Shown here: positions 1 through 8,900 of the stretch, in pieces
How the letters are laid out: each line of letters begins with the position of its first letter
Position numbering within the stretch: position 1 is the stretch's first letter
Source: Eledone cirrhosa
Taxonomy: Eukaryota
Direction of reading: 5' to 3'
DNA: 64,000 nt
Assembly (NCBI GenBank): GCA_964016885.1
Contig: OZ024747.1
Coordinates: forward strand, 70,184,001 to 70,248,000
Position numbers and translations under genes: made by a program
The notes under the pieces: generated by a model
Databases searched by the model: none
The model's input: only the letters and a program-made list of their open reading frames with translations
What the model was told of the DNA's origin: nothing

Positions 1-27
1 TATATATATATATATATATATATATAA
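1..27. repeat. (TA)n microsatellite (truncated by window start)
   Basis: Direct reading; further (TA)n tracts at 222-240, 669-682 and 919-934. Confidence 0.97.
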
Positions 28-103
28 CGAAGGAGGTGTGGTAAGGAATCAGATGGACCATAACGCACCAGAGTACTCAATACTTAGGGTAGTAGAGTGG
101 GTA

Positions 104-224
104 ATAGGAAAATGTTGGACCTCGACGGCAGAGCTCAAGGCGTTTCGACGGTTATTTCTGGACTCAGAAATAGCCGTCGAAACGGCTTGAGCTCTGCCGC
201 CGTCGGGGTCAAACTTTTTCCTAT
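104..224. repeat. Long imperfect inverted repeat (fold-back), ~57-60 bp arms with 4-nt loop GACT
   Basis: Left arm ATAGGAAAATGTTGGACCTCGACGGCAGAGCTCAAGGCGTTTCGACGGTTATTTCTG (104-160) is the reverse complement of 165-224 apart from ~5 substitutions and a 3-bp indel. Confidence 0.95.
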
Positions 225-243
225 ATATATATATATATATACT

Positions 244-344
244 GGCCAGTCTGCTGACATGCAAATCTGGCTGATTAGGGGATCTACTAATATGCAGATC
301 TAACTGCTCGGCCAGTCTGCTAATATGCAAATCAGGCCGATCAG
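244..344 (+). promoter_or_regulatory. Three diverged ~33-bp tandem units, each with an octamer(-like) motif
   Basis: ATGCAAAT 259-266, ATGCAGAT 292-299, ATGCAAAT 325-332 (exact 33-bp spacing); units 1 and 3 share GGCCAGTCTGCT. The repeat is seen directly; regulatory function is inferred only. Confidence 0.45.
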
Positions 345-393
345 TCACTGTGTATTTTTGAAAATAGCATATATTTTCACTAGCTCTGACGGT

Positions 394-473
394 TTGGCAG
401 GTGTACAGTGAGCTGTACTGATGAAGGGTGATACGCAGAAACATTAGTGTCTGCAGTTCTGTTCACATGCCAA
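394..473 (+). ncRNA. Type I hammerhead ribozyme motif (Penelope/retrozyme-like), stem II degenerate
   Basis: Core CTGATGA 418-424, GAAA 438-441, short stem III CA-TTAG-TG 442-449, cleavage triplet GTC 449-451. Stem I GAGCTGTA (410-417) pairs with TGCAGTTC (452-459) and extends to TTGGCA (394-399)/TGCCAA (468-473). Confidence 0.72.
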
Positions 474-570
474 CACAAGAGCAAGAATGAAGGGTTCATT
501 CTACTGACATGACTATAAAATTGAGGCTTGTTTACATAATTGTAAACGACTCGAATGTTATTATTAATAT

Positions 571-656
571 ATCCTTACGGGATCGATAAAATAAAGTACC
601 AGTAATGCACTGGGTAATTGCTGGCCTTGTGCCAAAAGTAGAAACAATTATTAATA
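571..656 (+). mobile_element. SINE 3' fragment (short subtype)
   Basis: ATCCTTACGGGATCGATAAAATAAAGTACCAGTAATGCACTGGGTAATTGCTGGCCTTGTGCCAAAAGTAGAAACAATTATT, near-identical to 38222-38300 and 44534-44618. Confidence 0.88.
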
Positions 657-931
657 TTCGAAAAACACATATATATATATATTAAAAACCTTTTTTGATT
701 AAAAACCTTTTTTGTATAGCAAACCGTGCCAATCTTCTTTCCTGATTTATTATTACTCCAAGTGTTTACAACATAGGAATTACAGCATACCCGCAGCATC
801 ACTATGAAAACGCCTTGTTGAGTCAAACTTAGCCAAGCGTTGATATCATCCACTACCCGGAATATCATAACTGGACTACACCTAAGTGGACTGCATATAA
901 CTATTATTTGTTACCCCGTATATATATATAT

Positions 932-1045
932 ATAGGAAAAAGTATGACCCCGACGGCAGAGTTCAAGCCGTTTCGACGGCTATTTCGGCTAGAAATAGCC
1001 GTCGAAAGCAACCAAAATTGCTTTCATTCATCAGAATGAAAAAAT
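932..1045 (-). ncRNA. Hammerhead-like element end with an extra hairpin; same family as the 104-224 arms
   Basis: Minus strand reads CTGATGA (1034-1028), AT, hairpin GAAAGCAA/TTGCTTTC, 12-bp hairpin GACGGCTATTTC/GAAATAGCCGTC, GAAA, stem CGGC/GCCG, TC (GTC at 954-952), then GGGGTCATACTTTTTCC and (TA)n. Stem I pairing is poor. Confidence 0.5.
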
Positions 1046-1104
1046 CCTGGTGTCTTTACTGGCAGTGGATTTGAAAAACAAAAATATAACAGATATGATA
1101 TATA

Positions 1105-1800
1105 AACCTTCCTCTTTCCATCTCCTACCACTCTACTCCTTCTTCTATCCCTCTCACTACCCATTTTCCATAACTCCCCATTTACCTCTTTTATTTTGTC
1201 ACCAGCTTCCAGTTTCTTGACACATCAAGTCCACAGACGCAGCAGTGGCACCACACTCACCACCACCACCACCATAACTCCCCAGGACATTGACTACCGC
1301 AACTGTCGCCGCCGACGCCATCATCTCCGCCACTATGATCTCCATCACCATCACCATCACCAACACCATCATCCTCATCCTCCCCTCTTTAATTTTCCTC
1401 ATATCCCCTCTTTTTCCTCTTTTACCTTTCTCCTTGATGCATTTCTCCCCCCTTTTTTATACATTACTACTGATTCTTCCCCACCTCCCACTACTCCTTC
1501 TTAAATCATAATGTGACGCCATATTAACCTCCTTCTCTATCCGTCTTCCACCTTTACTCCTACTACACCTATCTGCTTGACTCCTACTCTCTATATCTCA
1601 CACACCCGCTTTGCTACCTCACATCTCGTTGTCTATATCTTTGTTTTTCTTTTGTTCTTCCTTTCAGATCTCTACTTCCAAACTATTCAAACCTTAACGC
1701 CGCTGCCGCCGCCGCCGCCATCACCAACACCATCAACACCACCAACACCACCACAATAACTAATATCATCAATTACCATCCACAACCACCACCTATACGA
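1105..1800. repeat. Pyrimidine-rich low-complexity DNA with decayed CAC/CAT/GCC triplet repeats
   Basis: Composition and short triplet runs, e.g. 1258-1275, 1340-1380, 1698-1756. Confidence 0.8.
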
Positions 1801-1810
1801 CTATTGCTAA

Positions 1811-1914
1811 TACTACTACTACTACTACTACCACTACCACTACCACTACCACCACTACTACCACTACCACTACTACTGCCACTGCCACTACCACTATTAC
1901 TGCCACTGCCACTG

Positions 1915-1966
<52 letters not shown>

Positions 1967-2058
1967 CACTACCACTACCACCACTACCACCACTACTACC
2001 ACTACCACTACTACTGCCACTGCCACTACCACTATTACTGCCACTGCCACTGCCACTG

Positions 2059-2122
<64 letters not shown>

Positions 2123-2125
2123 CAC
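1811..2125. repeat. Compound microsatellite (CTA)n/(CCACTA)n/(CCACTG)n with an internal ~138-bp duplication
   Basis: Block starting CCACTACCACCACTACTACCACTACCACTACTACTGCCACTGCC at 1843 recurs at 1981. Confidence 0.95.
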
Positions 2126-2356
2126 TTACTAACATGTACTCAAGTCAAAAAGGGAGCGTCCACGTGGTCGCTTGATAAGGAAGACAGCAGCTTAATGTCT
2201 TTTATATCTCAACCTATTCTATATACTATAGTCTGAAGAGAGGTATGGACATGTTAATGTAGCCTTATTTGGCATTGTCATGGATGGAGGGCGTTTTACC
2301 ATAGGAATAGTCGATGAAGCTTGACGTGGCACTGAATAGCAACTACTATGTATAAC

Positions 2357-2539
2357 ATGCATTTGTGGCATTTAGTTATGTCCCTTTACGTTCTGTGTTC
2401 AAATCCCACCTAGGCTAGTTTTACCTTTTATCCTTACGGGGTCGATAAAATAAAGTACCAGTAATGCACTGGTTCGATTTAATTTGCTCGGCTTCCTCTT
2501 CAAATGTTTGACCTTGCACCAAAAGTAGAAGCAATTATG
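2357..2539 (+). mobile_element. tRNA-derived SINE, 5'-truncated (long subtype)
   Basis: B-box-like GTTCAAATC (~2397), core TCCTTACGGGGTCGATAAAATAAAGTACCAGT, tail CCTTGCACCAAAAGTAGAAGCAATTAT. Confidence 0.85.
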
Positions 2540-2749
2540 TATAACATTCGCAACCATCTAAAACAGTGCCTTACAAATGGGCTCGTACCGCTCCCTGCTC
2601 ACCTTTAGGGTTTATGAGGGGCTGTGAGGAAAATCACACTACAGAGGAGGCGGGACTTTAAAGATTTGGTTGGGCGGAGAGAACAAATTTATATCAGTGA
2701 AGTACAGATACAAAGAACACCAAACTACGCTGCTAACTTCAATTATATT

Positions 2750-2978
2750 TTAACCATTTAGCATTTAAACCGGCCGTAGCCGGCCAGAATGTTCTCGCCT
2801 CTTCCTGTTCAAACCGGCTGTAACCTGCTGCTCATACTTAGGTTAAGGTATTGTTCTGATAATAAATAATTTCAAAATCTTATGGATTCGATATTTTGTG
2901 AGATAATTATGTAAGATAAAGTCTTTACCGTAAAAATACAATAGTATAACTAGAGTAATATAAATGCTAAAGGGTTAA
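2750..2978. mobile_element. piggyBac-type non-autonomous element (MITE), ~221 bp between TTAA sites
   Basis: TTAA|CCATTTAGCATTTA ... TAAATGCTAAAGGG|TTAA: 14-bp terminal inverted repeats with one mismatch, TTAA at 2750-2753 and 2975-2978. TTAA target duplication with CCY termini is the piggyBac signature. Confidence 0.85.
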
Positions 2979-2990
2979 AATATTTGGGTT

Positions 2991-5900
2991 TCAAATGTGT
3001 TATGTGCTCAAATGTGTTTTATGCTCAAATGTGTTATATGCTCAAATGTGTTATATGCTCAAATGTGTTTTATGCTCAAATGTGTTTTATGCTCAAATGT
3101 GTTTTATGCTCAAATGTGTTATATGCTCAAACGTGTTTTATGCTCAAATGTGTTTTATGCTCAAATGTGTCATATGCTCAAATGTGTTTTATGCTCAAAT
3201 GTGTTTTATGCTCAAATGTGTCATATGCTCAAATGTGTTATATGCTCAAATGTGTTATATGCTCAAATGTGTTTTATGCTCAAATGTGTTTTATGCTCAA
3301 ATGTGTTATATGCTCAAATGTGTCATATGCTCAAATGTGTCATATGCTCAAATATGTTGTATGCTCAAATGTGTTATATGCTCAAATGTGTTTTATGCTC
3401 AAATGTGTTTTATGCTCAAATGTGTTATATGCTCAAATGTGTTGTATGCTCAAATGTGTTTTATGCTCAAATGTGTTATATGCTCAAATGTGTTATATGC
3501 TCAAATGTGTTTTATGCTCAAATGTGTTTTATGCTCAAATGTGTTATATGCTCAAATGTGTTTTATGCTCAAATGTGTTATATGCTCAAATGTGTTTTAT
3601 GCTCAAATGTGTTTTATGCTCAAATGTGTTTTATGCTCAAATGTGTTATATGCTCAAACGTGTTTTATGCTCAAATGTGTTTTATGCTCAAATGTGTCAT
3701 ATGCTCAAATGTGTTTTATGCTCAAATGTGTTTTATGCTCAAATGTGTCATATGCTCAAATGTGTTATATGCTCAAATGTGTTATATGCTCAAATGTGTT
3801 TTATGCTCAAATGTGTTTTATGCTCAAATGTGTTATATGCTCAAATGTGTCATGTGCTCAAATGTGTCATATGCTCAAATAAGTTGTATGCTCAAATGTG
3901 TTATATGCTCAAATGTGTTTTATGCTCAAATGTGTTTTATGCTCAAATGTGTTATATGCTCAAATGTGTTGTATGCTCAAATGTGTTTTATGCTCAAATG
4001 TGTTATATGCTCAAATGTGTTATATGCTCAAATGTGTTTTATGCTCAAATGTGTTTTATGCTCAAATGTGTTATATGCTCAAATGTGTTTTATGCTCAAA
4101 TGTGTTATATGCTCAAATGTGTTTTATGCTCAAATGTGTTTTATGCTCAAATGTGTTATATGCTCAAATGTGTTTTATGCTCAATTGTGTTATATGCTCA
4201 AATGTGTTTTATGCTCAAATGTGTTATATGCTCAAATGTGTTATATGCTCAAATGTGTTTTATGCTCAAATGTGTTTTATGCTCAAATGTGTTATATGTT
4301 CAAATGTGTTTTATGCTCAAATGTGTTATATGCTCAAATGTTTTTATGCTCAAATGTGTTATATGCTAAAATGTGTTATATGCTCAAATGTGTTTTATGC
4401 TCAAATGTGTTTTATGCTCAAATGTGTTATATGCTCAAAAGTGTTATATGCTCAAATGTGTTATATGCTCAAATGTGTTTTATGCTCAAATGTGTTTTAT
4501 GCTCAAATGTGTTATATGCTAAAATGTGTTTTATGCTCAAATGTGTCATCTGCTCAAATGTGTTTTATGCTCAAATGTGTTTTATGCTCAAATGTGTTAT
4601 ATGCTCAAATGTGTTTTATGCTTAAATGTGTTTTATGCTCAAATGTGTTTTATGCTCAAATGTGTTATATGCTCAAATGTGTTATATGCTTAAATGTGTT
4701 TTATGCTCAAATGTGTTTTATGCTCAAATGTGTTATATGCTCAAATGTGTTTTATGCTCAAATGTGTTTTATCCTCAAATGTGTTTTATGCTCAAATGTG
4801 TTTTATGTTCAAATGTGTTATATGCTCAAATGTGTTATATGCTCAAATGTGTTTTATGTTCAAATGTGTTTTATGCTCAAATGTATCTTATGCTCAAATG
4901 TGTTATATGCTCAAATGTGTTATATGCTCAAATGTGTTTTATGCTCAAATGTGTTTTATGCTCAAATGTGTTTTATGCTCAAATGTGTTATATGCTCAAA
5001 CGTGTTTTATGCTCAAATGTGTTTTATGCTCAAATGTGTCATATGCTCAAATGTGTTTTATGCTCAAATGTGTTTTATGCTCAAATGTGTTATATGCTCA
5101 AATGTGTTTTATGCTCAAATGTGTCATATGCTCAAATGTGTTTTATGCTCAAATGTGTTATATGCTCAAATGTGTTATATGCTCAAATGTGTTTTATGCT
5201 CAAATGTGTTTTATGCTCAAATGTGTTATATGCTCAAATGTGTCATATGCTCAAATGTGTTTTATGCTCAAATGTGTTTTATGCTCAAATGTGTTTTATG
5301 CTCAAATGTGTTTTATGCTCAAATGTGTTATATGCTCAAATGTGTTATATGCTCAAATGTGTTATATGCTCAAATGTGTTATATGCTCAAATGCGTTTTA
5401 TGCTCAAATGTGTTTTATGCTCAAATGTGTTATATGCTCAAATGTGTTATATGCTCAAATGTGTTTTATGCTCAAATGTGTTTTATGCTCAAATGTGTTA
5501 TATGCTCAAATGTGTTTTATGCTCAAATGTGTTATATGCTCAAATGTGTTTTATGCTCAAATGTGTTATATGCTAAAATGTGTTTTATGCTCAAATGTGT
5601 TATCTGCTCAAATGTGTTTTATGCTCAAATGTGTTTTATGCTCAAATGTGTTATATGCTCAAATGTGTTTTATGCTTAAATGTGTTTTATGCTCAAATGT
5701 GTTTTATGCTCAAATGTGTTATATGCTCAAATGTGTTATATGCTTAAATGTGTTTTATGCTCAAATGTGTTTTATGCTCAAATGTGTTTTATGCTCAAAT
5801 GTGTTATATGCTCAAATGTGTTTTATGCTCAAATGTGTTTTATCCTCAAATGTGTTTTATGCTCAAATGTGTTTTATGTTCAAATGTGTTATATGCTCAA

Positions 5901-8900
5901 ATGTGTTATATGCTCAAATGTGTTTTATGTTCAAATGTGTTTTATGCGCAAATGTGTTTTATGCTCAAATGTGTTATATGCTCAAATGTGTTTTATGCTT
6001 AAATGTGTTTTATGCTCAAATGTGTTTTATGCTCAAATGTGTTATATGCTCAAATGTGTTATATGCTTAAATGTGTTTTATGCTCAAATGTGTTTTATGC
6101 TCAAATGTGTTATATGCTCAAACGTGTTTTATGCTCAAATGTGTTTTATGCTCAAATGTGTCATATGCTCAAATGTGTTTTATGCTCAAATGTGTTTTAT
6201 GCTCAAATGTGTCATATGCTCAAATGTGTTATATGCTCAAATGTGTTATATGCTCAAATGTGTTTTATGCTCAAATGTGTTTTATGCTCAAATGTGTTAT
6301 ATGCTCAAATGTGTCATGTGCTCAAATGTGTCATATGCTCAAATAAGTTGTATGCTCAAATGTGTTATATGCTCAAATGTGTTTTATGCTCAAATGTGTT
6401 TTATGCTCAAATGTGTTATATGCTCAAATGTGTTGTATGCTCAAATGTGTTTTATGCTCAAATGTGTTATATGCTCAAATGTGTTATATGCTCAAATGTG
6501 TTTTATGCTCAAATGTGTTTTATGCTCAAATGTGTTATATGCTCAAATGTGTTTTATGCTCAAATGTGTTATATGCTCAAATGTGTTTTATGCTCAAATG
6601 TGTTTTATGCTCAAATGTGTTATATGCTCAAATGTGTTTTATGCTCAATTGTGTTATATGCTCAAATGTGTTTTATGCTCAAATGTGTTATATGCTCAAA
6701 TGTGTTATATGCTCAAATGTGTTTTATGCTCAAATGTGTTTTATGCTCAAATGTGTTATATGTTCAAATGTGTTTTATGCTCAAATGTGTTATATGCTCA
6801 AATGTTTTTATGCTCAAATGTGTTATATGCTAAAATGTGTTATATGCTCAAATGTGTTTTATGCTCAAATGTGTTTTATGCTCAAATGTGTTATATGCTC
6901 AAAAGTGTTATATGCTCAAATGTGTTATATGCTCAAATGTGTTTTATGCTCAAATGTGTTTTATGCTCAAATGTGTTATATGCTAAAATGTGTTTTATGC
7001 TCAAATGTGTCATCTGCTCAAATGTGTTTTATGCTCAAATGTGTTTTATGCTCAAATGTGTTATATGCTCAAATGTGTTTTATGCTTAAATGTGTTTTAT
7101 GCTCAAATGTGTTTTATGCTCAAATGTGTTATATGCTCAAATGTGTTATATGCTTAAATGTGTTTTATGCTCAAATGTGTTTTATGCTCAAATGTGTTAT
7201 ATGCTCAAATGTGTTTTATGCTCAAATGTGTTTTATCCTCAAATGTGTTTTATGCTCAAATGTGTTTTATGTTCAAATGTGTTATATGCTCAAATGTGTT
7301 ATATGCTCAAATGTGTTTTATGTTCAAATGTGTTTTATGCTCAAATGTATCTTATGCTCAAATGTGTTATATGCTCAAATGTGTTATATGCTCAAATGTG
7401 TTTTATGCTCAAATGTGTTTTATGCTCAAATGTGTTTTATGCTCAAATGTGTTATATGCTCAAACGTGTTTTATGCTCAAATGTGTTTTATGCTCAAATG
7501 TGTCATATGCTCAAATGTGTTTTATGCTCAAATGTGTTTTATGCTCAAATGTGTTATATGCTCAAATGTGTTTTATGCTCAAATGTGTCATATGCTCAAA
7601 TGTGTTTTATGCTCAAATGTGTTATATGCTCAAATGTGTTATATGCTCAAATGTGTTTTATGCTCAAATGTGTTTTATGCTCAAATGTGTTATATGCTCA
7701 AATGTGTCATATGCTCAAATGTGTTTTATGCTCAAATGTGTTTTATGCTCAAATGTGTTTTATGCTCAAATGTGTTTTATGCTCAAATGTGTTATATGCT
7801 CAAATGTGTTATATGCTCAAATGTGTTATATGCTCAAATGTGTTATATGCTCAAATGCGTTTTATGCTCAAATGTGTTTTATGCTCAAATGTGTTATATG
7901 CTCAAATGTGTTATATGCTCAAATGTGTTTTATGCTCAAATGTGTTTTATGCTCAAATGTGTTATATGCTCAAATGTGTTTTATGCTCAAATGTGTTATA
8001 TGCTCAAATGTGTTTTATGCTCAAATGTGTTATATGCTAAAATGTGTTTTATGCTCAAATGTGTTATCTGCTCAAATGTGTTTTATGCTCAAATGTGTTT
8101 TATGCTCAAATGTGTTATATGCTCAAATGTGTTTTATGCTTAAATGTGTTTTATGCTCAAATGTGTTTTATGCTCAAATGTGTTATATGCTCAAATGTGT
8201 TATATGCTTAAATGTGTTTTATGCTCAAATGTGTTTTATGCTCAAATGTGTTTTATGCTCAAATGTGTTATATGCTCAAATGTGTTTTATGCTCAAATGT
8301 GTTTTATCCTCAAATGTGTTTTATGCTCAAATGTGTTTTATGTTCAAATGTGTTATATGCTCAAATGTGTTATATGCTCAAATGTGTTTTATGTTCAAAT
8401 GTGTTTTATGCGCAAATGTGTTTTATGCTCAAATGTGTTATATGCTCAAATGTGTTTTATGCTTAAATGTGTTTTATGCTCAAATGTGTTTTATGCTCAA
8501 ATGTGTTATATGCTCAAATGTGTTATATGCTTAAATGTGTTTTATGCTCAAATGTGTTTTATGCTCAAATGTGTTTTATGCTCAAATGTGCTTTATACTC
8601 AAATGTGTTTTATCCTCAAATGTGTTTTATGCTCAAATGTGTTATATGCTCAAATGTGTTATATGCTCAAATGTGTTTTATGCTCAAATGTGTTTTATCC
8701 TCAAATGTGTTATATGCTCAAATGTGTTATATGCTCCAATGTGTTATATGCTCCAATGTGTTTTATGCTCAAATGTGTTATATGCTCAAATGTGTTATAT
8801 GCTCAAATGTGTTATATGCTCAAATGTGTTTTATGCTCAAATGAGTTATATGCTCAAATGTGTTATATGCTCAAATGTGTTTTATGCTCAAATGTGTTTT

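Noticed and set aside
820-895. Minus-strand peptide SPLRCSPVMIFRVVDDI resembling Penelope RT motifs (SPLSP, RYVDD)
   Set aside because: The motifs are far too close together, Tyr is missing, and no surrounding RT similarity is visible.
1196-2175. His-, Ser/Gly-, Val- and Leu/Pro-rich ORFs
   Set aside because: Direct translations of microsatellites.
2598-2635. Possible 19-nt minus-strand micro-exon (CACAG|...AAG|GTGAG) and nearby GC boxes
   Set aside because: Short signals expected by chance, opposite strand to the other candidate exon, and no supporting evidence.
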